A DNA stretch of 64,000 nucleotides, from assembly GCA_016180955.1 (NCBI GenBank), contig JACPAD010000001.1, positions 75,516 to 139,515 on the forward strand, given 5' to 3'. Below, in pieces: positions 19,499 to 28,642 of this stretch; position 1 is the first letter of the stretch; every line of letters starts with the position of its first letter. A program made the position numbers and the translations under genes. The notes under the pieces are model-generated. The model ran no database searches. It saw nothing but the letters and a program-made list of their open reading frames with translations, and was not told the origin of the DNA. This DNA is from Candidatus Zambryskiibacteriota bacterium (GTDB lineage Bacteria; Patescibacteriota; Minisyncoccia; Phycocordibacterales; Zambryskibacteraceae).

Positions 19499-20437
19499 TT
19501 AAACCTTAAGATATTTTCTTATAGCCAGAACACTCGAGAGCGCGCCGATAAGCACCCCAGAGACGAGAATAATGAAAGCGATTTCGAAGAAATTGCGCAA
19601 ATAATAAGAAAAGATATTGAAGCCGACAAAGAAGCTCTCTGTAACTCTAGCTAGAAAATACGTAATGGGAAAAAAGATGATAAGAGTAATGAGGGTGGCC
19701 ACCAAGCCATAGATAATGCCAACCACCACAAACGGTCCTTGAATGTAGCTTGTCGAAGCACCGACGAGGCGCATGACTGCTATTTCATCCTTGGCGATAT
19801 AAATGGTAAGCCGGATGGTGTTAAAAGCGATAAGCATCGAGATGGCCGCAAGAAGCACTGTCAGTACAAAGCCTAGCCGGTCGGCGACAGAAATAATGGA
19901 GGAAAGTCTATCGATGGCCTGCTTGTTCTGGAAGTAATTAACGCGGTCGATAACGGTCACGCCGGAGGCCGAGAGAGCAGAGCCCTCCTCGAGAAATTCC
20001 GCCACCGAGCCGTACTGCGAGGGGTCGCGGGCTTTGACATTGAGCACCGCACCTAAGGGGTTCTCCCCCAGCTCCTCGAGGGCGGCGAGAATGGATTGGT
20101 CGTTCTGGTGCCGTTCTTTAAATGCAACTAAAGCCTCGTCGCGCGAGACGTAAGTGACAAGGAGCACTTCCGGCAGGGATTCGAGGTCCTGCTTAATGCG
20201 CAGAATTTCTTCTTCTAGAGCTGTCGGAACGAAAGTGACGTTGATGTCTATTTTGTTAGAAAGCTCCGCAAGAGAAGTGCTGAGAATAGCGCCGGCAAAA
20301 GAGATAAGCCCGATGACGACCAGAGTTATCATCATCACTAAAACCGAGGCGAAGGAAACTGTGCTATTCCTCCAGAAGTTGAATAAGCCTGCTCGGATAA
20401 CCCTCTTAATTTTTAATCTAAAATTTTCAGTTTTCAT
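19499..20437 (-). CDS. ftsX: Cell division permease FtsX
   Basis: 4 TM, NTIRL.I, EIAVMRLVGAS..YIQGPF. Confidence 0.95.
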   Translation of the reverse strand: MKTENFRLKIKRVIRAGLFNFWRNSTVSFASVLVMMITLVVIGLISFAGAILSTSLAELSNKIDINVTFVPTALEEEILRIKQDLESLPEVLLVTYVSRDEALVAFKERHQNDQSILAALEELGENPLGAVLNVKARDPSQYGSVAEFLEEGSALSASGVTVIDRVNYFQNKQAIDRLSSIISVADRLGFVLTVLLAAISMLIAFNTIRLTIYIAKDEIAVMRLVGASTSYIQGPFVVVGIIYGLVATLITLIIFFPITYFLARVTESFFVGFNIFSYYLRNFFEIAFIILVSGVLIGALSSVLAIRKYLKV

Positions 20438-20448
20438 TAAATTTTAAA

Positions 20449-21129
20449 TTATACGTAGTATTTGCCGGACCGGTCGTCGCGGACAACTCTGCCTTTATCC
20501 ATAGCGATGACGCGCTTGCCGAGCGAATCTATTATGCCCTTGTTGTGAGTGGTCAGTATCACGGTGGTGCCGAGATCATTGATTTTTTTCAAGATTTGAA
20601 CCACGTCATAGGTATTGACTGGATCGAGGTTCCCCGTCGGCTCATCGGCAATAATCACGTCCGGTTCGTTGACGAGAGCCCGCGCGATGGCCACCCGCTG
20701 TTTCTCTCCGCCGGAGAGCTCATGGGGGAAGTTCCAGATCTTGGGCAGAAGGTCGACAAGCTCGAGCACGTGCGGCACGTCTGCCTCGATCTCCTCGTCT
20801 GTGCGGCCGGAGGCTTCCATAGTGAAAGCAATATTTTCATAAACTGTCTTATTGGGCAGCAGACGAAAGTCTTGGAAAACCATGCCGACATTCCTTCTGA
20901 ATTTATCTATCTCCCCTCTCCCGAGAGTGTGGACGTTTGTATCGTTGTAGAAGACCGCCCCTTCGGTCGGACGCTCCTCAACCAGAAAAAGTTTGAGAAG
21001 GGTCGTCTTGCCGGCGCCTGACGGACCGACGATAGAAATAAACTCTCTCGGTTCGATGGAGAGCGTGACATTCTCGAGCGCTACCGATGAGTCGGGATAA
21101 ACTTTGGAAACACGGTCAAAAAAGATCAT
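20449..21129 (-). CDS. ftsE: Cell division ATPase FtsE
   Basis: [35 protein letters not shown]; upstream of ftsX. Confidence 0.96.
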   Translation of the reverse strand: MIFFDRVSKVYPDSSVALENVTLSIEPREFISIVGPSGAGKTTLLKLFLVEERPTEGAVFYNDTNVHTLGRGEIDKFRRNVGMVFQDFRLLPNKTVYENIAFTMEASGRTDEEIEADVPHVLELVDLLPKIWNFPHELSGGEKQRVAIARALVNEPDVIIADEPTGNLDPVNTYDVVQILKKINDLGTTVILTTHNKGIIDSLGKRVIAMDKGRVVRDDRSGKYYV

Positions 21130-21192
21130 GCCTTACAATTTTATCATCCACAGCGCCTCCATACAACCAGAGAGTTGTGATATATTGTTTTT

Positions 21193-21744
21193 ATGCAAAG
21201 AATAATAGCCGTCGCCACCGCTCTTCTAGTAGTGGCAATATTTTTTAGTAAGAGTTTACTGCCTTTGGGTTTGGAGTTGAGGCTCCCGTCTTTCCAAACT
21301 TTTCAAGAAAGCACTGAAGCCGGGGAAGCTTGGACTGTTTTTGAAAAATACCTGGAATTTGCCAAAAGCCATGATCTCGAGGGTATTAAATCTCTTTCTC
21401 ACCAGATTTCTGATACTTGCAATAACCCAGCGCGAGAGACGGAATGTTTCGCCTTAATGGATAGCGTCTACGCCATAGCAAGCCCTCTTAAGTCAAGCGA
21501 CTTCAAACATATCGTATCGGATGAGCATCAGATTGTCATGTACACGGACGGGCCGACAGTAGCAGTCCTTTACTTCACCAGAGATAAAATCGGTGCTCTT
21601 AAAGTGCTGGGTTTGAGTCTTTGCTTCGAGGACGAGACCTCGGTGGGTAGTTGCATTAAGACCGATTCTATAAAGCAAGACCGAGACAGCGACGGTTGGT
21701 GGGATAGCGTCGAGGCACTCTTTTACGAGAACAAGACTAATTAA
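21193..21744 (+). CDS. Exported hypothetical protein
   Basis: N-terminal hydrophobic segment, paired Cys, DRDSDGWWD Ca-binding-like motif. Confidence 0.7.
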   Translation: MQRIIAVATALLVVAIFFSKSLLPLGLELRLPSFQTFQESTEAGEAWTVFEKYLEFAKSHDLEGIKSLSHQISDTCNNPARETECFALMDSVYAIASPLKSSDFKHIVSDEHQIVMYTDGPTVAVLYFTRDKIGALKVLGLSLCFEDETSVGSCIKTDSIKQDRDSDGWWDSVEALFYENKTN

Positions 21745-21767
21745 TTGAAAGTGAGGTTTCTGTTTAT

Positions 21768-24700
21768 CTAGAGAGTAGTTGAGAGGCCCGGATGACTGGA
21801 CGATTCCATAGCTTGTATTGTTTGGAGTTGCTGTATCAAGAGAACAAGAAGTTGCTGAATAAGAGAGATCAGGTGGATCTTGATGGCCGTGATAACCTTC
21901 TGGTTGGCCTGCTCAACATTTAGCGTGGGAGCTACAGTAGTAAGTCCTTGGGCTATTTGAATAACAGGAGAGGTCGTAAAGGAGTTAGTCCCCCCGCCAC
22001 CGCTGCCACCGCCGTTGTTACCATTGGAGCTAGGCGCAGGCGCTGGTTCTGATTTGGGTTCTGGTTCTGCTTCGCCCGCCGGAGGTTTATCCGACGTGTC
22101 CGTCGGGGCTTCAATAGAGTCGGAAGGCTCGGGAATTAGCTCGGGCGTTGGTTCTGGTTCAGCTTCGCCCGCCGGAGGTTTATCCGAAGGCTGGGGAATA
22201 GGTTCCGATATTGATTCTGGTTCAGGAATTTGTCCTGCGAGTTCTTGGATCTCTGCCAGTGAAAGCGCTCGGTTGTAGATGCGAACATCGTCAAGTGAAC
22301 CTTTAAATTTTTCGGTCAATCCCCCGTTAGTGGCAATTCTCAAAGGAGTACTGTAGGAGCTGATAGAACCCGTAACGGATTTCGAGCCGAACTCTACTCC
22401 ATCAACGTAAATCTTAATAGTCGAGCCGTCATAGACTCCGACAATGTGGTGCCAAACAGAAGCATTGATAAAAATACTGGAAGCGATATGTTGACGGCTT
22501 CCGCCAATAGTCACCCAGAAACGAGGCTCTAGTGCAGTCGGGGAAACGTACAGTCCATGCAAACCATAAGAAAAATAGGGAGGCTCGTGACTGGCGGCAT
22601 TCACCGGTTTGGCGATAAATATCTGATGCGTCCCTGTATTGCTGAAATTCACCCAAGTAGACAATGAGACTGCATTTCCGGAAAGAGCAAGCGATGGCGA
22701 ATGCGCTACCTCCATATAATCATTAATGCCGTTAAAGTTGAGTGCGCCATTGGCTTGGTTAATAGTCCAGATTAGACCGTTTATGAGAGTGCCACCGCTT
22801 TCTGGCTCTGGCGTTGGCTCGGGCGTTGGTTCTGGTTGTGGTTCCGGAGTCGGCTCTGGTTCGGGAATAGGTTCTGGTATTGGTTCAGGCTCGGGAGTAG
22901 GCTCTGGATCTGGAGTAGGGGCACCGACAAATTCATAAGCGCCTATGTCATATGCCAAACCCTGCGGTCTCACTATGCCATCACGGTCGTTGGTAACTGA
23001 TTCAATAGAAACTCCGTTATTTACTGCCGGAGAAGAAGGAGTTAAATGATAATCATTGCTACCTACACTGACAAATGAATCTAGAGTAACAGCTCTATTA
23101 GATACTCCTGACGCTTGGGATGGAAGGGTTTCTCTTAAGAATAATGAGTTTTTCGCGTCAAAAATGGTGGACGGAGATGAAGCGCTGAAGAACGGATTAG
23201 GAACATTGGCTCCAAAAGTAGTGTTGTATACTTTCGGGTTCACTATGTTGTCTTCATACCTGATGCCGTACGTTGTATCGTATATAACTGCATTTTGAAT
23301 GGTAACATCTGCTCCGCCGTTAGGACCCGGTCCTCTCAACCTAAATCCAATTTCCGAATCATGAACGGTTATTTGGTCAAATACGGCTTGAACATTTTCC
23401 TTGATGTTGAAAGCGGCCATATTAGTGACGAGGCCGTTTCTAAACCCAAAGACAGTAGTATTTTTGATAGTGATGAGAGCCCGACTGAAGGCGCCATTAG
23501 ACTTAGTATCGACCGCATTTTCGCCGGGGACAAAGCCGGCCGGCATGCCGTTCTCTGTGGCAGGCAAAGGACCGGTCCAAAATTTAGAATTCTCAATCAC
23601 AATATTATTCCAGCCCGGAGAATTCCTGCCGGGGTCAACTTGGACAGAATCCCCAGTAACATGGTAAATCTCGGTATCGCGTATGGTGAGATTTTTAACA
23701 GCCGCGCCGGTGATACCGTGAGCGTCGCTTTGAGAAGTGCCCGCATACCAGATGCAGTGATGGATGATATCGTTTTCAAACAAGACATCTGTAGGAGAAG
23801 CCATATCAACGCAATCTCTGCCCGCTCTTTTTATTTCAGAGTTCTTGATGATTAAATTAGTAGCACTGCTCCCCACTGAAATAAGGTCGGAGGCGCCGTA
23901 TTGGCCATCGAACACGAGGCCGTCGATAATGATATAAGGATGCGAGAAGTTGGCAACACTGCCGCTTTTAGTCACAACGGCCGTGCCTCTGCCGGATTCA
24001 GAACGGATAGTGATTGGCAGAGAAGCTGTGCCCGCTCTCACCGTAAAGATTAATTCATTGTAGGTGCCCGACTTAACGATGACGGTATGTCCTGCTTGGG
24101 CGACATTGATGGCGTCTTGGATTTTTCCAAAAGGACTTGCGGCATTACCGTTACCGGAAGCGCCGGAAGCGACATACCAGACTGTGTTAGCAGGCACCGG
24201 CTCTGGTTCTGGGACTGGTTCAGGTTCAGGCGTTGGTTCCGGAGTAGGTTCTGGTTCCGGCTCTGGAGTGGGTATAGGTGTTGGAGTTGGGTCTGTTATA
24301 GGATTGGTGGAGACGATGAGTTCGTCATACCAGGTGACCGCAGGGTCATGGATAACGGAGAGAAGCTTGCCTTGATTGTCCGGTCCCAAAATAATTTTAT
24401 TGTATCCGGAGCCCGGATCATTGGGATTTTCAACCAACACGGCGTCAGTAACATTGAAAATCTCTCTAAGCAACTCTCCTTCTTTCGCGACCCAGATACT
24501 GATAGCGCTGTTTTCCTCACCCCAATTGCCGATAATCACTTTCATGTAGAAGGTCATCCATTGGTCCGCGACATAAGTGAATGGTGTGCCGTTAGGATTG
24601 TGGGTAATGCCGTTTTCAAACAGAATTGGTACACCTTGAAAGACGCGGTTGTAGAGTCCTATCTCTATCGGGTCGCCGTAAGTGCCAAATTGAGAGGTCA

Positions 24701-25121
24701 AAAGAACTTGGTTCCATCCATTGCCGCCCATTTCAGCATTGAACATCTCGCTTGAAAACTTTTGTCTGAACTGGACATAGAAGGTAGAGCCGGGGCTAAA
24801 TCCGTTTCCGAATTCGTCAAAAACCTTCTCGAAAGCTCCAGACGAGTTATTGCCGGAAAGAGACGGGACTACAAACTTTAAAGACCCCTCGCCGGAAGCA
24901 TAATTAGTGTCATCAAACGTCCCCCAAATGTTACCCAAATTGTCTCCGTAGACATAGGTATCCACTTGAGAGACAGAGTCGAAGCCATTGCATAAAACTA
25001 CCCCCGGTTCCAAACATTTGGAAGCAAAGTCGTTGCCAGCGGCATTGACCGTATTAATGCCAGCCGGCGTTAAGATAAAAACCCCAATAAACGCTGTATT
25101 TAATATAAGATTTTTAGCCAT
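21768..25121 (-). CDS. Large secreted protein: lyase/lectin-like N domain, right-handed beta-helix, LamG-like domain, (PE/PT)n linkers
   Basis: Signal peptide; WYVA.....GN...PF.KIQDAIN; DYHL...SPAVN.G..DIGAYEF; [25 protein letters not shown]. Confidence 0.85.
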   Translation of the reverse strand: MAKNLILNTAFIGVFILTPAGINTVNAAGNDFASKCLEPGVVLCNGFDSVSQVDTYVYGDNLGNIWGTFDDTNYASGEGSLKFVVPSLSGNNSSGAFEKVFDEFGNGFSPGSTFYVQFRQKFSSEMFNAEMGGNGWNQVLLTSQFGTYGDPIEIGLYNRVFQGVPILFENGITHNPNGTPFTYVADQWMTFYMKVIIGNWGEENSAISIWVAKEGELLREIFNVTDAVLVENPNDPGSGYNKIILGPDNQGKLLSVIHDPAVTWYDELIVSTNPITDPTPTPIPTPEPEPEPTPEPTPEPEPVPEPEPVPANTVWYVASGASGNGNAASPFGKIQDAINVAQAGHTVIVKSGTYNELIFTVRAGTASLPITIRSESGRGTAVVTKSGSVANFSHPYIIIDGLVFDGQYGASDLISVGSSATNLIIKNSEIKRAGRDCVDMASPTDVLFENDIIHHCIWYAGTSQSDAHGITGAAVKNLTIRDTEIYHVTGDSVQVDPGRNSPGWNNIVIENSKFWTGPLPATENGMPAGFVPGENAVDTKSNGAFSRALITIKNTTVFGFRNGLVTNMAAFNIKENVQAVFDQITVHDSEIGFRLRGPGPNGGADVTIQNAVIYDTTYGIRYEDNIVNPKVYNTTFGANVPNPFFSASSPSTIFDAKNSLFLRETLPSQASGVSNRAVTLDSFVSVGSNDYHLTPSSPAVNNGVSIESVTNDRDGIVRPQGLAYDIGAYEFVGAPTPDPEPTPEPEPIPEPIPEPEPTPEPQPEPTPEPTPEPESGGTLINGLIWTINQANGALNFNGINDYMEVAHSPSLALSGNAVSLSTWVNFSNTGTHQIFIAKPVNAASHEPPYFSYGLHGLYVSPTALEPRFWVTIGGSRQHIASSIFINASVWHHIVGVYDGSTIKIYVDGVEFGSKSVTGSISSYSTPLRIATNGGLTEKFKGSLDDVRIYNRALSLAEIQELAGQIPEPESISEPIPQPSDKPPAGEAEPEPTPELIPEPSDSIEAPTDTSDKPPAGEAEPEPKSEPAPAPSSNGNNGGGSGGGGTNSFTTSPVIQIAQGLTTVAPTLNVEQANQKVITAIKIHLISLIQQLLVLLIQQLQTIQAMESSSHPGLSTTL

Positions 25122-25293
25122 TTAGCTTTAGTCCTTAATGGTGGTTTGTCCTTTATATTAAAGACAAAAATTAAATAAAAGAGACAAAAACGATGCTAGC
25201 ATTAAGGACACTAGAAGTCAAATATTCTTGACTTACTTTATGCTTAAGTTATAATCGCAAATAGAAGACCAGTTACCGAAGAAAGGGCAAAAA

Positions 25294-26043
25294 ATGCAGA
25301 CGCAGCTGATAGCTCCCCCGCTTTCTGGCGTAGTTGAAAGTCTTTCGCCACGCAGACTAGCGGTCAACCCATTCTCACGAAGCCAGATTCATCTTCGGCC
25401 AGGCAGGCAGAGTCTGCTCAACCACATGAAGAGGGTCGAGTGGCTCTCGGGCCTTATCGCGCTCGAGATGGGACTGACTTCGGAAGTCACGGCCCGTCTG
25501 AAGCGCGCCGCGGTAAACCACGACATCGGTGAGGACCTGAAACCCTGGTTGTTTTATGACAACAGAGACCAAGACTTCACTCAAGACAATGTCCTGGAGG
25601 CGAAAAGTCACCCCCGCGACGGCGCGGAAATGCTTCTCGAGAACCCGTTGGCGTTCGGTGTTCGGGAAGAAGATGCCGCAGAAGTTTCTGTGATGATCGA
25701 ATTTCATCACGAGCACTTCGAGAGCTCCAGAGAAAAGTGCAGGACGAGAGCCAAGGAACTTGGAATCCAGTTCCGCAAAACCTCGCTCGATTGTCTTGTG
25801 CGGTGCGTGAACATTCTCAAGGTAGCGGACTACTTTTTCGCTCGCGCGGAAAAACGTCCCTATCAGAAGGAGCAAGTGGAGGGAAAGAGAAATTCAAAAG
25901 AAATCCTCACCCCCACCGAGATCCTCGACGTCATGGCATTCACTGTGGGCAGGCAGTTCTGCCCGGACACTTACAAGGCCTTGGTTGAGCTGAAGGAAGC
26001 CGCGTTCCAATACGTGACCCTGACCCTCACTCTGGCCTCCTAG
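25294..26043 (+). CDS. Degenerate HD-GYP-like domain protein
   Basis: HDIG, HP.DGAEML, HHEH, VAD, RPY, G.QF.P present; GYP loop absent. Confidence 0.75.
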   Translation: MQTQLIAPPLSGVVESLSPRRLAVNPFSRSQIHLRPGRQSLLNHMKRVEWLSGLIALEMGLTSEVTARLKRAAVNHDIGEDLKPWLFYDNRDQDFTQDNVLEAKSHPRDGAEMLLENPLAFGVREEDAAEVSVMIEFHHEHFESSREKCRTRAKELGIQFRKTSLDCLVRCVNILKVADYFFARAEKRPYQKEQVEGKRNSKEILTPTEILDVMAFTVGRQFCPDTYKALVELKEAAFQYVTLTLTLAS

Positions 26044-26078
26044 GTCTACGACCTTTGACATCAATTAGAAAGGAAAAT

Positions 26079-27146
26079 ATGTCTCTAACATTGGTTAAGC
26101 CAGACTCCGCTCCTGTGGAGTCCGGCCTGGTCCAAGTCGGCGGCAAGGACGGCTTCGACCAAGTCGTCGGCTTAAGCGGCACGCTTAAGCCAGTGTTCGA
26201 TATCGTCCGCAAGGTGGCCAAAAGTAACGCCACCGTACTCATTTATGGCGAGACCGGCACAGGCAAAGAGCTCGTCGCGAAAGCGATCCATCACGACTCT
26301 CACCGTGCCTCGCAGAACTTCATCAAAGTGAACTGCGCGGCGCTACCGGAAAACCTCCTGGTGTCCGAATTGTTCGGCCACGAGAAAGGCGCTTTCACCG
26401 ACGCCAACGACCGGCGCATCGGCCGTTTCGAACAGGCCGAAGGCGGCACGCTCTTCCTCGATGAAGTCGGCGATATGAGCGTGAGCATGCAGGCGATAAT
26501 CCTGCGCGCGGTCCAGGAGCGCGAGTTCGAGCGGCTGGGCGGGACGCGCACGATCAAAGTCGACATCCGGCTGATTGCCGCCACCAATCGCAACCTGTCC
26601 GCGATGGTCGAATCGAGGACCTTCCGCGAGGATTTGTACTACCGTCTCGATGTTGTCAACATCGAGATTCCACCCCTCCGAGAACGGAGGGGAGACATCG
26701 ACGAGTTGACAACACTCTTCCTCGACCATTTCAATGGCGAGTTTGGGAAGAAAATCAAAGGCGTGGGAAGAGAAGCAATGAAAATACTCACGCGCTACCA
26801 CTGGCCCGGCAACATTCGCGAGCTAGCCTACACAATCTGGCACGCAGCACTCCTCTCTGACGGCGACACAATCAGAGTAGAGAATTTGCAGCTCAAAGGA
26901 AGCGCCAGCGCCGCAGACCTTCAAGATGATGGGTTCGTCCTCAAACTTCCGCTGACCGGTATCTCGCTTGAGGACATCGAGCGACAAGCGGTCCTCGAGG
27001 CGTTAAGGATGTCAGATTGGGTTCAGAAGGATGCGGCTGAACTTTTAAAGATCACGCCGCGCGCGTTGAACTACAAGATTGACATCCTAGGGATAAAGTT
27101 CCCGAACAAACTTCCGACTGGCTGTCGACGGAGGAAGGGAAACTAA
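26079..27146 (+). CDS. Sigma-54 enhancer-binding protein (AAA+ and Fis-type HTH) without an N-terminal regulatory domain
   Basis: GETGTGKEL, SELFGHEKGAFTDA, LFLDEVG, AATNR, FREDLYYRL, WPGNIREL, C-terminal HTH; AAGGA SD before ATG 26079. Confidence 0.95.
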   Translation: MSLTLVKPDSAPVESGLVQVGGKDGFDQVVGLSGTLKPVFDIVRKVAKSNATVLIYGETGTGKELVAKAIHHDSHRASQNFIKVNCAALPENLLVSELFGHEKGAFTDANDRRIGRFEQAEGGTLFLDEVGDMSVSMQAIILRAVQEREFERLGGTRTIKVDIRLIAATNRNLSAMVESRTFREDLYYRLDVVNIEIPPLRERRGDIDELTTLFLDHFNGEFGKKIKGVGREAMKILTRYHWPGNIRELAYTIWHAALLSDGDTIRVENLQLKGSASAADLQDDGFVLKLPLTGISLEDIERQAVLEALRMSDWVQKDAAELLKITPRALNYKIDILGIKFPNKLPTGCRRRKGN

Positions 27147-27174
27147 GCTCTAGCTGGAAAATCATCCGTCAACC

Positions 27175-27206
27175 ACCCGCTCCGACCTAGGTCGGAGCGG
27201 GTTTTT
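27175..27206 (+). terminator. GC-rich hairpin terminator (same core as 18117)
   Basis: acccgctccgac-ctag-gtcggagcgggt followed by tttt. Confidence 0.85.
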
Positions 27207-27219
27207 CGTATAAAAATTA

Positions 27220-27245
27220 CCCCTCGCGTGCGCGCACGCGAGGGG
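27220..27245 (-). terminator. Perfect 26-bp palindrome downstream of the 27276 gene
   Basis: cccctcgcgtgcgcgcacgcgagggg. Confidence 0.65.
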
Positions 27246-27275
27246 CGATGTAGAACAGTCGTTCTACAGCTCGAC

Positions 27276-28277
27276 TCATTGAGGTGTTGGAACAACTCGA
27301 AGCCCAGTTGCCGCAGGCGGTTCCTGTGGCTCTGGCGGCAGAGCAGAACCCACAGCGTTTGTAGGCACCAAGGTGCAGGCCTCGTTGCCTAAATTATCCC
27401 CAGTGACAAAAACGCTTAAGATCGAGCTCCTCTCCGCTCTTACTGCGAAGCACCAGAATCCGTTTGGGATCTCAGTGTCGGAAAATGATGAGAACGTTGT
27501 CGCTGTTCCGACATCCTTGCACCTCGTAGTGTAATTGCCGGAGCTTGGTCCCCAACAAACCCAGTACTTGTCCACTTCACCAGTTAGAAAGTCGGGAGAG
27601 TGGTCCCATGCCAGCGTTAGGCGGCTTGCCGGCGCCGGCGGCGGGAATATAAAGGTTCTGAACTTATTCCCGAGAACGGGCCCCTCGTCACAGCCGGCCG
27701 GACAGTTCGCGTTCGGCGGCGTTAACCACCTCACCTCGGCATGATTAATGCCGTCGCCGTCCTCGACTCTGATGAGCTGGAGGCAATACTTCTGTCCCAG
27801 ACCCATGGTTTGAGGCGTCGACTTCTGTTCTGCGCTCTTCGTCCATTGACGGAAATTTGGCGACGGCCGTTTGGTCGACTTGGCAATCCGTATCCATCCG
27901 GAGCCGCAATCCAGTGCTGTCGAGACGAAGAGCGCTGCCTGGCTGTTGGCCGAGACCCAAAACAGATATCCTGCGGCTACTCCGTCAGCGACGAATGAAC
28001 CGTAGATTCTGTCCACAAACACCCCCGCGCGGTTCTGCCCCGCGTAGAAATTTACAAGCCCCTGTTGGACGTTGTTTGTCGGCGCTCCAAGCAGGTGAGG
28101 ATTGTCGGCAAGAAGCTGAAAGTTCGGAACTTCAGCTCCCGCTTCGGTCACAAGCGGCAAGGCCTTCCCCGCCCAGTAATCCCGGGCAAATCCGGGGTAT
28201 TGGGCAGAAACTTGACCAGCCGCTGTAAACCAGACGAGCGAAAAAAGGCAAGTGAGCCTCACGAACTTAATGGCCAT
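27276..28277 (-). CDS. Secreted protein with PA14-like and FN3-like domains
   Basis: Signal peptide; Y.FWVSAN..A.LFVS (PA14-like); LTLAWD..Y.V.WG.SSGNY..DVG (FN3-like); GGAGG SD. Confidence 0.7.
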   Translation of the reverse strand: MAIKFVRLTCLFSLVWFTAAGQVSAQYPGFARDYWAGKALPLVTEAGAEVPNFQLLADNPHLLGAPTNNVQQGLVNFYAGQNRAGVFVDRIYGSFVADGVAAGYLFWVSANSQAALFVSTALDCGSGWIRIAKSTKRPSPNFRQWTKSAEQKSTPQTMGLGQKYCLQLIRVEDGDGINHAEVRWLTPPNANCPAGCDEGPVLGNKFRTFIFPPPAPASRLTLAWDHSPDFLTGEVDKYWVCWGPSSGNYTTRCKDVGTATTFSSFSDTEIPNGFWCFAVRAERSSILSVFVTGDNLGNEACTLVPTNAVGSALPPEPQEPPAATGLRVVPTPQ

Positions 28278-28401
28278 TCCATGTCCTCCTTCAGAAAGCA
28301 GTGCCAAAAAAAACCGTGTCCGCCAAACAGACTAACAAACTGTTGACAACGCGTCAAATGTAAAATATTGTTTTGAGTTTAGAAATCTTTTTTAAATAAA
28401 A

Positions 28402-28429
28402 AGGGCGGGTCGTGTGACGACCCGCCCTG
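28402..28429 (-). terminator. Hairpin terminator
   Basis: agggcgggtcgt-gtg-acgacccgccct with an A-run to its left. Confidence 0.75.
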
Positions 28430-28447
28430 TCGATGCTGGCGACAACT

Positions 28448-28588
28448 CTAAGAGCATCCGCGCCGGTGCATTTCCCTAAGCCGGCGTTTCGCCTCTCGTC
28501 TGTGGTAGAGAAAATCTTTCACAGCCGGCGCCAAAACGTACACGACACCGAGAACCAAGAACAAGACAAGAAATGTAAACACAGACAT
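28448..28588 (-). CDS. Small single-TM orphan protein (46 aa), not in ORF track
   Basis: GGAGG SD + ATG 28588: MSVFTFLVLFLVLGVVYVLAPAVKDFLYHRREAKRRLREMHRRGCS*; terminator follows. Confidence 0.6.
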   Translation of the reverse strand: MSVFTFLVLFLVLGVVYVLAPAVKDFLYHRREAKRRLREMHRRGCS

Positions 28589-28642
28589 GGCTGCCTCCAA
28601 AAACATTGTACAATACTAAATATTGAAAAGCAAGATTAACCT

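Noticed and set aside
22800-22920. Tandem 6/12-bp repeats as contingency locus or DGR target
   Set aside because: Degenerate codon-level (PE/PT)n linker; no reverse transcriptase or adenine-specific TR/VR pair seen.
28292-28307. Possible sigma-54 promoter (TTGGCAC) near the activator gene
   Set aside because: The -12 position reads TG rather than GC, and the site is too close to the start codon.
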